Shown: positions 30,710 through 40,613 of the stretch, piece by piece
How the letters are laid out: each line of letters begins with the position of its first letter
Position numbering within the stretch: the first letter of the stretch is position 1
Source: Candidatus Ozemobacteraceae bacterium
Lineage (GTDB): Bacteria > Muiribacteriota > Ozemobacteria > Ozemobacterales > Ozemobacteraceae
Direction of reading: 5' to 3'
Assembly (NCBI GenBank): GCA_965140445.1
Contig: OZ223236.1
Location: forward strand, 3,264,001 to 3,328,000
Length of the DNA: 64,000 nucleotides
Made by a program: the position numbers and the translations under genes
Notes under the pieces: generated by a model
Seen by the model: the letters and a program-made list of their open reading frames with translations, nothing else
Database searches by the model: none
What the model was told of the DNA's origin: nothing

Positions 30710-32056
30710 CTAATTTTCAAGGCCAAAACAGATTAGCTTTTGTTTAAATCTAAGAAATAGCTTGTTCTGAGCAACGATAGGTTTTGTCCAGGCTGCCCCC
30801 TGAACTTCTTCTAAAATGTTTGGAATAGAAGTTACAATCTCAAGTTTTTCCGGATTGGGTTTTATCAGGAAAAGATTGCCTTTAATATCCATACAAAGAA
30901 GATTATCATTAAGTTTTATGCAAGTTCCCCAGCCAAGATCATTTGTGGCCCATTTTACATCTCCGGTTTTCAGATCGAGGCATTTGAACTCACCTTTATT
31001 TTGCATGCTATAGCCAGTGTATCCGTAAATATAATCTCCAATTATGAATGGATCAGAATGGTGAGAGGCAAGATTTTTGTTTTTCCAGAGAATTTCAATT
31101 TTATCTTTACTTATTTTTATTAGCTCTCCACCCGTCCCATAACCTGAGGTAATGAAAACCAAATCATCTTTAAAAACAGGTGTAGTTGCATTTACCTTGT
31201 ATGAGGTTACCCATGGGGTATTCCAAAGCTCTTTTCCTGTTTCAGGTTCCATAGCTGCCAATCCATCGCCATAGAAATCCAGAATGACAGGAGAACCATT
31301 GATATGTGTCATACTTATAGCAGCATAACCAGACGCCCCTTTACCGGTTTTCCATTTTACTTCACCCGAAATTTTATCAAACGCAATGGTTCGGGCTGAA
31401 CCACCTGCATTTACAATAACCAGGGATTTATAAACAAGCGGAGAGCATGAATATCCCCACTTAGGCTCCTTGCCGCCTTCTTTGGTAACATTTTTTCTCC
31501 ATATTAGTTTTCCGTCAAACAAATTCCAGCACACCAGATCGCCGCTTCGACCAAAGGTATAAATTTTATCTTCGTCTAGCCATGGGGTTGCGCGAAATCC
31601 ACTACCATAACTACTCTTGGCTTTTGCAGGATAAGAGTTTTTCCAGATAAGGTTTCCTGTTTCTGTTTCCAGACAAAACAAAATATCGTTGTCCTCTTCT
31701 CTTCCACATGCAATAAGTCTATTTCCTATTATTACCGGTGCTGACCAAACTGCGGTGGTTTCATCCTGGCAAAGGTAGCTGACTTCCCACAATTTTTTTT
31801 AACTATTTTTTAAATCATTTGATAAATTTTTAACTGTTGCTGAATTGGAAAGGTCAGCGCCAAGCCAATTTGTCCAATCTTCTTCAGTCGTAGTTATCGG
31901 CGGAAATTCTTTTAAGGTTAAAGCCGGTATGCTCTCGACTTTACCAGTGATGTCTTTGTTGTTAAGCATGATTTTTATGGAATCATAGTTCCAAAAAATC
32001 AGACCTGAAATTATTAGGAGAATTATTCCTGATAGCATTGCTAATTTCTTTTTCAT
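30710..32056 (-). pseudogene. PQQ-like (BamB-type) beta-propeller protein interrupted by an in-frame TAA
   Basis: ORFs 31799-32056 and 30710-31792 share a frame: ...AGT TAA AAA AAA TTG TGG. The N-part carries the TM anchor and DWTNWLG; the C-part carries repeated TGxLxW blades. Confidence 0.8.
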
Positions 32057-32295
32057 TTTTTTAACCTGCTTAGATTTTTTTATCCAGAAAAAGCCGTCGA
32101 GTATTTGTTTAACTGCTTTTTGCGTAGTTTATATATTTTTTTATAAGCCCATTAAACCACATATTGATAAGAAGTTAAATTGAAGTATTTTTAATCCTTA
32201 AAAATGACAAATAAAAATCATACAAAATAATTTCAGTGCTTGATTTTTACTGCTGTCCCGATTAGCTTTTATACAAGGTATAGAAGGAGGGCAAA

Positions 32296-32991
32296 ATGCA
32301 GTTTAAGCGTCTTGTTTGTTGCACCTGTTCTGACTACAATCGCATCGAGAACAATAAAATTACTGACCTCGTGCAAAGGGCCCAAAAATCTGGACTTGAA
32401 GTCAAACTAATACCCGACCTTTGCCTCAAAACAATTAAGAATCCAGAAGAAATAAAAGAATACTCGGATAAAAATACTCTCGTAGCATTATGCCATTTAA
32501 GGGTCGCGCAGGCTTTTTTTGCCAGAATTGGTTCAGAAGTCCCAGAAATAGTTGGATTGAACGATGAGGATTTTACGGAAAAAATTGATAATCTTTCCCC
32601 GGTAGACGATGAGAAAGCTGCAATAGTAGAGCTCCCGAAGTATGAGAATGACTGGATAGCCTGGTACCCAGTTATAGATAAAAATCGCTGCAACGATTGT
32701 GGAAAATGCATAGACTTTTGCCTTTTCGGTGTGTATTCCAGGGAAAATAAAAATGTAGTGGTTGCCCAGCCAGCTGAGTGCAAAACCAATTGCCCAGCCT
32801 GTTCTCGAGTTTGTCCACAGCAAGCCATTATTTTTCCAAAGCATGATGAAGAGCCTTTTAACGGTGCAATCATAAAAACAGAATCGCCCGTAATCGACAC
32901 ACAACCAAATTCGGATTCAGAAGAAGATCTATACGATAAACTGGCCCGCAGAAGACGAAATCGCAAATCCCCAAAGCTTTTAAAAGATTAA
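32296..32991 (+). CDS. 4Fe-4S dicluster ferredoxin-domain protein with Cys-containing N-terminal domain
   Basis: CNDCGKCIDFC and CKTNCPACSRVCP; N-terminal CCTC, DLC and LCH; AAGGAGG RBS. Confidence 0.85.
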   Translation: MQFKRLVCCTCSDYNRIENNKITDLVQRAQKSGLEVKLIPDLCLKTIKNPEEIKEYSDKNTLVALCHLRVAQAFFARIGSEVPEIVGLNDEDFTEKIDNLSPVDDEKAAIVELPKYENDWIAWYPVIDKNRCNDCGKCIDFCLFGVYSRENKNVVVAQPAECKTNCPACSRVCPQQAIIFPKHDEEPFNGAIIKTESPVIDTQPNSDSEEDLYDKLARRRRNRKSPKLLKD

Positions 32992-32994
32992 GAA

Positions 32995-34188
32995 ATGCTT
33001 ACAAAACTTTTTACAAGAATAATTAAAGAGGTTTCGCCAAAAGTTTTAACCAGAATTCTACTTAATCTGGTTATTAAGAATGCTGTCAATCTGCGAAAAT
33101 TTCAAAATAGAATGGCCAAAGATGATGATTTTTTCCCCGGTTTTATGATCATCTCACTTACAAACAGATGCAATTTAAGCTGCAATGGCTGCTGGGTCAG
33201 CAATGAAAAGCATCATGACCTACCTTTTAATGTTTTAAAGAACGTTGTGTCTGCGAGTATTCAAAAAGGGTCATCATACTTTGGTCTTGTAGGTGGCGAA
33301 CCATTACTTTACCCACATTTATTTGAACTTTTTGAAACTTTCCCGAATGTTTATTTTCAGTTATTTACCAATGGTACCCTCTTGACAGATAAAGTGGCCA
33401 AAAAGCTTCGTAAGCTTGGCAATGTAACTCCACTCATAAGTGTGGAAGGTCTTGAAGAAGAAAGTGATCGCCGCAGAAATGGAAAAGATGTATTTGCTTC
33501 TGCTATCACTGCAATAAAAAATTGCACCAGAAACAAGCTGCTTACAGGTGTTGCTACAAGCGTCTGTAAAACAAATCAGAAAGAATTAGTAACTGATAAA
33601 TTCCTTATAAAACTGGTTGGGCTTGGGGCTCATTATATGTGGTATTATATTTACCGACCTGTTGGGCCTCGTCCTCATCCCGAAATAGCCCTTGATAAAG
33701 AAGAAATTCTTTCCCTTAGAAAATTCATGGTTGATGCACGTTTAAATCATCCAATTGCTATAATTGATGCATATTGGGATGAAAATGGAAAAGCATTGTG
33801 TCCCGGTGCTAAGGGGCTTAGCCACCATCTTAATCCTGAAGGCTATCTTGAATTCTGCCCTCCATTACAATTTGCCTTTAAAAAAGCTACCAGGGATTAT
33901 GATTTTAAAAAATTATGCAAAGATGATAACGGCATGGCAAAGTTAAGAAAGTTAATCAACGATGAGACAGACGGATGCATCATTCTAAGCAATCCAAAAC
34001 TCTTAAGCCAAAAATTAAAAGAATTAAATGCAATTGATACCAGTGGCAGGGGCACCGCTTTTGATGAATTAGATGCAATGACAATTAAGCCCTGCCATGA
34101 TCTGCCAGGTCAGGAAATACCAGAAAAGAGTTTTCTATATCGCCTGGCAAAAAAATATAGTTTCTTTGGATTTTCATCATATGGTTAA
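32995..34188 (+). CDS. Radical SAM protein with SPASM/Twitch-like C-terminus
   Basis: CNLSCNGC, GGEPL, FTNGTL, C-terminal CPG...HLNPEGYLEFCPP...GCII. Confidence 0.9.
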   Translation: MLTKLFTRIIKEVSPKVLTRILLNLVIKNAVNLRKFQNRMAKDDDFFPGFMIISLTNRCNLSCNGCWVSNEKHHDLPFNVLKNVVSASIQKGSSYFGLVGGEPLLYPHLFELFETFPNVYFQLFTNGTLLTDKVAKKLRKLGNVTPLISVEGLEEESDRRRNGKDVFASAITAIKNCTRNKLLTGVATSVCKTNQKELVTDKFLIKLVGLGAHYMWYYIYRPVGPRPHPEIALDKEEILSLRKFMVDARLNHPIAIIDAYWDENGKALCPGAKGLSHHLNPEGYLEFCPPLQFAFKKATRDYDFKKLCKDDNGMAKLRKLINDETDGCIILSNPKLLSQKLKELNAIDTSGRGTAFDELDAMTIKPCHDLPGQEIPEKSFLYRLAKKYSFFGFSSYG

Positions 34189-35659
34189 TAAAGAAAAAAT
34201 AAGGGAAATCTCCCAAATTACTGAGGCTTACGTAAATGGCAACAGCCTGGTTCCTCCCATTCCTCTAGAGGAACTGAAATTACACACCATTGAGATTTTG
34301 AAAAACCATGGAATTTCCACTGAGCTGAAAAAATGGGTTTTATTGTTTTTGAATAACGCCCTATGGCTTGACACTTTAAAGTCAATTCCCTTTAAAAGGC
34401 GCTTGTTGTTGATTCCGCAATGTCTTAAACATCCAACAGAATGCCCTGCAGAAATTGATGAGCTGGGCCTGGTTTGTGAAGGTTGTGGCCAGTGTGTGAT
34501 TGACGGAATTCTTAACAAAGCCGAAGATCTGGATTTAATGTGCATTGTCGCTGAAGGATCAACTATGACGGCGCAGATTATTGAAAAAGGCCAGGCAGAT
34601 GCTCTGATTGGTGTTGGTTGCTTTTCAGCCCTTGAAAAAGCCTTTGATCAAATGATAAGCAATGCGGTTCCCGGATTGGCATTGCCTTTATTTAATGACG
34701 GTTGCAGCAATACGGAAACTGATGTCGATTATTTATTGCAACTGATTAGCCAAAAGAATGAAAAGGAAATAAGTGTTTTCCATCCCAAGCCTTTTTTAAC
34801 TAAAGTGAGAAATGAATTTTCCCATGAAAACCTTGAGTTAATAATGGGAAAAGCAAACCTTGAAGCTGAAAAAATCGCACGAGACTATCTGGTTCAAACC
34901 GGGAAAAGATATCGACCGTTTTTATGCGTTGCTACGGCCAAAAGCCTTGGACATCAGAACGATAATGAAATGAGTTTATCCAGATTGGCTGTTGCAGTTG
35001 AATGTTTTCATAAAGCCTCATTAATCCATGATGATATTGAAGATAACGACGAGTTCCGCAATGGTTTGCCAGCGCTGCATACAACTCACGGCGTGGGAAC
35101 TGCACTTAACACTGGCGATCTTCTTCTAGGAGAGGGATATCGAATGATATCTCAGCTTGAAGTTGAGCCAATAATGAAAGCGAAACTTTTGGATGAAGCC
35201 GTCAAAGCTCATTTAAGTCTGTGTTGTGGACAAGGTGAAGAGCTTTTAATCATTCATCAAAAGCGCAAGCTATGTGTTGATTCTCTTATAGAAATTTTTC
35301 GGAGAAAAACTGCTCCGGCTTTTAATGTTTCTTTCCAATTTGGCGCTATTTTCATGGGTGCCAGTGAAGAAATTAGAGATACGCTTGTAAGGTTTAGTGA
35401 TTTTCTTGGCATTGGCTATCAAATAAAAGATGACATTTTGGACACCAATTTACAAGATGCAAATGATGGGGAAAGAATTCCCTCCATAGTTGAACTTATG
35501 ATGCAGGAGCAAGGTCTGAAACACGAAGAAGCTCTAGCTGCTGCCAATGACTTGCTTGCAGATTACCGAAAAAAAGCTCTTTCAGAGTTGAAAACAGTTA
35601 AGTCTATTCCACTGAAGAGGTTTTTGTTCCAGATTACTCATAACCTGCTAAAGAAGTAG
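34181..35659 (+). CDS. DUF116 Cys-rich domain fused to trans-polyprenyl diphosphate synthase
   Basis: Start placed at ATG 34181, overlapping the upstream gene end. DUF116-like RLLLIPQCLK..ECPA...CEGCGQC...GVGC...DGC; synthase GKRYRP, FARM IHDDIED, RNG, GQ, KT, SARM YQIKDDILD. Confidence 0.88.
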   Translation: MVNKEKIREISQITEAYVNGNSLVPPIPLEELKLHTIEILKNHGISTELKKWVLLFLNNALWLDTLKSIPFKRRLLLIPQCLKHPTECPAEIDELGLVCEGCGQCVIDGILNKAEDLDLMCIVAEGSTMTAQIIEKGQADALIGVGCFSALEKAFDQMISNAVPGLALPLFNDGCSNTETDVDYLLQLISQKNEKEISVFHPKPFLTKVRNEFSHENLELIMGKANLEAEKIARDYLVQTGKRYRPFLCVATAKSLGHQNDNEMSLSRLAVAVECFHKASLIHDDIEDNDEFRNGLPALHTTHGVGTALNTGDLLLGEGYRMISQLEVEPIMKAKLLDEAVKAHLSLCCGQGEELLIIHQKRKLCVDSLIEIFRRKTAPAFNVSFQFGAIFMGASEEIRDTLVRFSDFLGIGYQIKDDILDTNLQDANDGERIPSIVELMMQEQGLKHEEALAAANDLLADYRKKALSELKTVKSIPLKRFLFQITHNLLKK

Positions 35660-35662
35660 CAA

Positions 35663-36568
35663 ATGAATTTAACTCACTCACAGGAAATTTTAAAAATTGC
35701 CCTTGGCGCTAATAGCATGCTTGATGAAGCTGCTAAAAATCTTATTGGCAGCTATTTTAAGAGCAAGCTGACTCCAGAGGGTGGATTTGCAGATAAAATA
35801 GGCAATCCCGACCTTTATTACAGTCTTTTTGGATTAAGCTGCTCATATATTCTGCAATTAAATTTGCCATTTTCAAATACTAAAGAATGGCTTGATAGTT
35901 TTATTCCAGAGAATCTTGGTTTAATAGAACTTTCAAGCCTGGCGAAGTGTTATTCAATCTTATCTATTTTAAATAGCTCCAAACCAGAAATAAGTAATGA
36001 AAAAATAAAAAACATTGCAAGAGCAGCCAATCGTTTTAGAACCGAAAACAATAGTTTTTCGCTTAACGGCAAAGGACCGGGTGCCCCATATTCTGTTTTT
36101 CTCGCAATGAATCTTTTTCAGGATTTGGGGTTAGAAATTGAAAATGTTTCTTCTTTAAAGTTAGCTCTGAAAAATTATCTTCAGCCGGATGGCCGTTTTG
36201 CTGATCCAAATGGCTCAGGAGCAGGAATTCTTAATTCAACAGTGGCAGGATTATTGTGTTGGCGACAATTTACTGGCGAAATTCTCCCCCAATCAGTAGA
36301 TTGGATAAATGGGCAAAGATGCCGTTCAGGTGGTTTTAAAGCAGATCCCAAGGCTCAATTGCCAGATATGCTTTCAACTGCAGTTGCGCTTTTTGCGTTA
36401 AAAATTTGTAAAACTGATTTTTCATCTTTCTTTAAAAAATCACGCGAGTTTGTTCAGGATCATTGGACGTCAGATGGGAGTTTCTCAGCAACTTTACTTG
36501 ATGAAGAAGGGGACTGTGAATACACATACTACGGTTTACTTTCTTTAGGTGCTGTAAGCAATGTTTAA
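35663..36568 (+). CDS. Prenyltransferase/squalene-oxidase-repeat (alpha/alpha barrel) protein
   Basis: Repeats EGGFAD, DLYYSLFGL, QPDGRF, SGGFK, DGSF, DCEYTYYGL; no DxDD. Confidence 0.8.
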   Translation: MNLTHSQEILKIALGANSMLDEAAKNLIGSYFKSKLTPEGGFADKIGNPDLYYSLFGLSCSYILQLNLPFSNTKEWLDSFIPENLGLIELSSLAKCYSILSILNSSKPEISNEKIKNIARAANRFRTENNSFSLNGKGPGAPYSVFLAMNLFQDLGLEIENVSSLKLALKNYLQPDGRFADPNGSGAGILNSTVAGLLCWRQFTGEILPQSVDWINGQRCRSGGFKADPKAQLPDMLSTAVALFALKICKTDFSSFFKKSREFVQDHWTSDGSFSATLLDEEGDCEYTYYGLLSLGAVSNV

Positions 36569-38351
36569 TTCCGAAGAAAAAAAGCTACTATTAAAGGCTA
36601 AGAGTTTAGTCACAAAAAGGCTTCTAGAAAACCGGGAGCATAATGTCAGATTTACAGGAAAATTAGCCAGCAGTGCTGTTTCTACTGCGGTGGCTTCGAT
36701 GGCTCTATCACTTTTCCCAGAAGATGAAAATCGCCTTAAAACTTCAATTAACTGGTTGTTAGAAAATGTAAACTTAGATGGAGGGTGGGGGGATACCCCT
36801 GAAAGCCCATCAAACCTAAGTGCAGTTTTGCTTGCCAGAGCAGCGATTATAAACTCTGGTTTAAATTTTGAAAAGGTTAACGTTGTTTTAGAAAAATCCG
36901 AACGTTGGCTAAAAAAAGAGTTAGGTGTAAACCAGGCAATTAACCCGGTTCAAAGCGTCTTAAAATTCTATGGCAAGGATTTAACTTTTTCTGTTCCAAT
37001 TTTAACGGTCTGTATGCTTTGTAAAGCCTTTGGAAAAGACGAATCTTTATGGAGGAAAATTCCAGCACTTCCTTATGAATTTTCACTGCTGCCAGCAAAG
37101 CTTTTTAGATTCATTCGTTTGCCAGTTGTTAGTTATGCAATTCCAGCCTTAATTGCTGTAGGAATTGCGCAGGCAAATAACTGCCCGTCAATAAATCCAT
37201 TGATTAAGTGGCTAAGAGTAAAAGCAACTAAACCTGCACTTCGGAAACTTTTAACTCTTGTTCCAGAAAGTGGTGGTTTTTTGGAAGCGGCTCCTTTAAC
37301 TGGTTTTGTCGCCTTTTGCCTTGGTAAATCCGGTTTTAAAGAAAATCCAACCGTAAAAAAAGGCATTGGTTTCTTACGGAAAACAATGCGAGCGAATGGA
37401 AGCTGGCCCATAGACACTAATCTTTCCAGTTGGCTTACCAGTCTTTCTGTTAACGCTCTGGATCATGCGGATGAATTAACACCAGAGGATAAAACCAGAT
37501 ACGCAAATTACCTCAAACAAGTACAAAGCAAAGAATTTAATGTTTTTACCAATACTAATCCAGGTGGTTGGGCATGGACTGAACTTTCAGGAGGAGTTCC
37601 GGATGGCGATGACACATCTGCTGCTTTAATTTCTCTAGCCCGTCTTGAAAAGGGCTCGGCAGACGATAAGGTTATCGCCGGATTAAACTGGCTTTTGGAA
37701 TTGATGAACAAAGATGGTGGAATTCCTACTTTTTGTCGCGGATGGGGATTTCTTCCATTTGACAGAAGTTGCCCAGACATTAGCGCCCATGCCTTGATGG
37801 CATTCCAGCTATGGAAAGACAGGGTTCCTTCTGAACTAAAAGCTAAGCTGGATAAAGGTTCACAAAGACTTTTAAAATATCTGGAAACTTCAGCAGACCA
37901 TGAAAAAATGTATTCACCACTCTGGTTTGGTGACCAGGAAGCCCCTGATTTTTCAAATAGGGTTTATGGAACCTCAGTTGTTCTCGAAGCTTTAGCAATG
38001 CTTCCTGAACATCAGGTTAATCATTTAGTTGAACCGGCCCTGGAAAAGTTATATAGATGGCAAAACGAAGACGGAGGCTTTGGTGGAGAGCGCCAGACCT
38101 CTTCAAAAATAGAAACCACCGCCAAAGCAGCTCTGGCGATGATATTAAATAACGGAAAACAAAAGCCTGTTAAAAAGGCAGTAAATTTTCTTGTAGACCA
38201 ATCCATTGCTCAAAATGGCAATTTAACAGCTTGTGCTATAGGCTTATATTTTTCATCTTTGTGGTATGATGAAAAATTGTATCCAATGATATTTACCCTT
38301 CGCGCTTTATCCGCCGCTATAAAGGAACTTTACGATCAGGAGGGAGAATGA
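36561..38351 (+). CDS. Squalene-hopene cyclase-like class II terpene cyclase
   Basis: QW-like repeats NLDGGWG, ANGSWP, PGGWAW, NKDGGIP, QNEDGGFG; catalytic-type PDGDDT (DxDD); C-terminal LYFSSLWY. Confidence 0.85.
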   Translation: MFNSEEKKLLLKAKSLVTKRLLENREHNVRFTGKLASSAVSTAVASMALSLFPEDENRLKTSINWLLENVNLDGGWGDTPESPSNLSAVLLARAAIINSGLNFEKVNVVLEKSERWLKKELGVNQAINPVQSVLKFYGKDLTFSVPILTVCMLCKAFGKDESLWRKIPALPYEFSLLPAKLFRFIRLPVVSYAIPALIAVGIAQANNCPSINPLIKWLRVKATKPALRKLLTLVPESGGFLEAAPLTGFVAFCLGKSGFKENPTVKKGIGFLRKTMRANGSWPIDTNLSSWLTSLSVNALDHADELTPEDKTRYANYLKQVQSKEFNVFTNTNPGGWAWTELSGGVPDGDDTSAALISLARLEKGSADDKVIAGLNWLLELMNKDGGIPTFCRGWGFLPFDRSCPDISAHALMAFQLWKDRVPSELKAKLDKGSQRLLKYLETSADHEKMYSPLWFGDQEAPDFSNRVYGTSVVLEALAMLPEHQVNHLVEPALEKLYRWQNEDGGFGGERQTSSKIETTAKAALAMILNNGKQKPVKKAVNFLVDQSIAQNGNLTACAIGLYFSSLWYDEKLYPMIFTLRALSAAIKELYDQEGE

Positions 38352-39823
38352 GAAACTTTTTTTTTAAACTCCTTCCAGCACTAACTGGAATAATAACTTC
38401 ATTGATTGCATTTGTTCCCCTATACGACATTATCGTTCTGGAAAAAGACCGGGTAAAGGTTTCGGATAGAGTTCCCGGACAAGACAATTTACCTCCTGGT
38501 GGCCGACAAAATTATTCGAGTGTAAAAATCGGAGAATTTTTTGAATCCTTCATCAGTACTTTCACTACTGACCTTAAAGGAACCTGGTCATCATTTAGAG
38601 GAGAAAAAGGCGATAATATTTGTCGAGAGGGCATTGATCTGGTTGATAGTTTTGATAAAAATGGCCCACCAGAATTATGGAAAATTAAGCTAGGAGAAGG
38701 GCACGCCGCGCCCGCTATTTATTCAGGGCGAATTTACCTGTTAGACTACATTGAAGAGAAAAAATCCGATGCTTTACGCTGTTTTTCACTACTGGATGGC
38801 AAAGAAATCTGGCGAAGATTTTATCGCCTTGATATAAAGCGAAATCATGGATATTCCAGAACTATCCCGGCGGTTAACCATGAAGTTGCAGTGACAATGG
38901 GCCCCATGGGACATCTCATGTCAGTAAACTCTAAAACTGGTGAACTTCTATGGTCGTTGGACGTAATTTCCCATTTTAAAAGTACTGTTCCACAATGGTA
39001 TTCGGGGCAGTGCCCTTTATTAGATGGAAACACTCTGGTTATTGCTCCCGGCGGCGAAAAAGCTCTTTTGGTAGGAATAAACGCTAAAACAGGCGAAATC
39101 CTTTGGGAGACTCCTAATGAAATGGGCTGGAAAATGTCACATTCCTCAATAATGCCAATGACCTATAAGGGCCGCAGAATGTATGTTTATGCTGCTATCG
39201 GTGGAATGGTTGGAGTTTCAGCTGAAGGAGATAACGTGGGTCAGATACTCTGGCAAACAGGTGACTGGGGGGCAACAGTTGTGGCTCCTTCACCAGTAAT
39301 ACTTAACGATGGCTATATTTATCAATGCGCTGGTTATGGAGCTGGAAGTATTTTAGTTAAGGTCGATGGCGAAAATAAAAATTTTTCCGCCAAAATTGTT
39401 CAGAAGTCTAACCCAAAAGAGGCTCTGGCAATTGAGCAACAGAGTGCAATCTACTTTAAAAATAAACTTTTTGGCGTAATGACAAAAGACTCAGGATCAA
39501 GACGAATGAGGCTTGTGGTATGCAACCCCAAAAACCCAAGAGAATTTATAGATGAAGGTGATCCTCAACTTAGATTTGGCCTGGGGCCAACTTTAGTTGC
39601 AGATGATAAGTTGTTTGCTTTAACCGATAATGGCGAATTATCCATGTTCAGCTTTGAAAGTGATAAGTTGAAACATATTTCTAACGCAAAGGTTCTGCCC
39701 GGGGTAGACGCCTGGGGACCGATGGCCATAGCTGATGGATTACTTCTTTTAAGAGATTCGACAAGTCTGGCTTGTTTGGATATGACCCGGGATAACAGAT
39801 GGGCAAGGATAAAAAGAAAATGA
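38348..39823 (+). CDS. Membrane-anchored PQQ-like beta-propeller protein
   Basis: N-terminal TM, WSSFRG, repeated GKEIW/TGELLW/TGEILW blades. Confidence 0.85.
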   Translation: MRNFFFKLLPALTGIITSLIAFVPLYDIIVLEKDRVKVSDRVPGQDNLPPGGRQNYSSVKIGEFFESFISTFTTDLKGTWSSFRGEKGDNICREGIDLVDSFDKNGPPELWKIKLGEGHAAPAIYSGRIYLLDYIEEKKSDALRCFSLLDGKEIWRRFYRLDIKRNHGYSRTIPAVNHEVAVTMGPMGHLMSVNSKTGELLWSLDVISHFKSTVPQWYSGQCPLLDGNTLVIAPGGEKALLVGINAKTGEILWETPNEMGWKMSHSSIMPMTYKGRRMYVYAAIGGMVGVSAEGDNVGQILWQTGDWGATVVAPSPVILNDGYIYQCAGYGAGSILVKVDGENKNFSAKIVQKSNPKEALAIEQQSAIYFKNKLFGVMTKDSGSRRMRLVVCNPKNPREFIDEGDPQLRFGLGPTLVADDKLFALTDNGELSMFSFESDKLKHISNAKVLPGVDAWGPMAIADGLLLLRDSTSLACLDMTRDNRWARIKRK

Positions 39824-40041
39824 TAAAATTGGGTGACAATTGCAGCAGGCGAAAAGCTCTCCTTTTTCTGGGAAGGGTGTTGGCAGCTCTGGGTTTAACA
39901 AGCCTGGGAATCAAATTAGCTTCACCAGGAAAAAATAAAGTGCTTCTAAATGCAAAAAGCGATTGTAAAGGATGCCGTTTTGAGAAGGGGACTTGCATTC
40001 CCCAGACTCAAACCTGCAGAAGGAATGAAGAACAAAAATGA
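39820..40041 (+). CDS. Small protein with twin-arginine-like leader/TM and Cys-rich tail
   Basis: ATGA overlaps at both ends; SRRKALLFLG, hydrophobic helix, CKGC...C...C. Confidence 0.65.
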   Translation: MIKLGDNCSRRKALLFLGRVLAALGLTSLGIKLASPGKNKVLLNAKSDCKGCRFEKGTCIPQTQTCRRNEEQK

Positions 40042-40613
40042 GTGAAAAACAAAATGATAAAAATCTTATTTCCCGCAGAAAATTTTTTACTTCTGCAATT
40101 GCGGGGATTGGATCAATTTTTACCGCTTTTGCACTAACTCAGAATTCCGAACAAACCTCTTATTGGCAAATAGACCCTCGAAAATGTATTGAGTGCGAAA
40201 GATGCTCTGTGGAATGCGTGCTTTCCCCATCAGCAGTTAAATGCATGCATGTATATCAAAAGTGTGGTTATTGCGATTTATGTAGCGGGTATTTCAAACA
40301 AGGGGCAACGACTTTGGATACAGCAGCTGAAAATCAACTCTGTCCAACCGGCGCTCTAAAGCGAACTTTTATCGAAGAACCCTATTTTGAATATATCGTA
40401 GAAGAGGAACTTTGCATCGGTTGTGGACGTTGTGTTAAAAATTGCCGTGCATTTGGAAATGCTTCGTTGGTTCTGCAGATTCGTCACGATCTTTGTATCC
40501 AATGCAATGAATGTCGAATAGCAGCAGCCTGCCCGGCTCAGGCTATTCAAAAAATTTCAGGTAACAAAATTTATCTTCTCGATCGGAAACCACTTGAAGA
40601 GGACAAAGCTTGA
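40038..40613 (+). CDS. Multi-cluster ferredoxin with twin-arginine leader
   Basis: SRRKFF plus hydrophobic helix; CIECERC, CGYCDLC, CIGCGRC..NC, CIQCNEC...CP. Confidence 0.85.
   Translation: MSEKQNDKNLISRRKFFTSAIAGIGSIFTAFALTQNSEQTSYWQIDPRKCIECERCSVECVLSPSAVKCMHVYQKCGYCDLCSGYFKQGATTLDTAAENQLCPTGALKRTFIEEPYFEYIVEEELCIGCGRCVKNCRAFGNASLVLQIRHDLCIQCNECRIAAACPAQAIQKISGNKIYLLDRKPLEEDKA

Noticed and set aside
31790..31804. Frameshift or phase variation at the A8 tract, or Sec/Pyl recoding
   Set aside because: Both ORFs are in the same frame, so a slip would not join them, and the stop is TAA rather than TGA or TAG.
34097..34180. Longer N-termini given by the ORF track (34097, 39799, 41829, 25990, 55682)
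   Set aside because: They overlap upstream genes extensively or lack an RBS; downstream ATGs fit coupling, RBS or signal peptides better.
36561..38351. Assigning shc and canonical hopanoid synthesis
   Set aside because: The fold and DxDD are supported, but the sequence is divergent and hpnCDE-type context is missing; the substrate is unknown.
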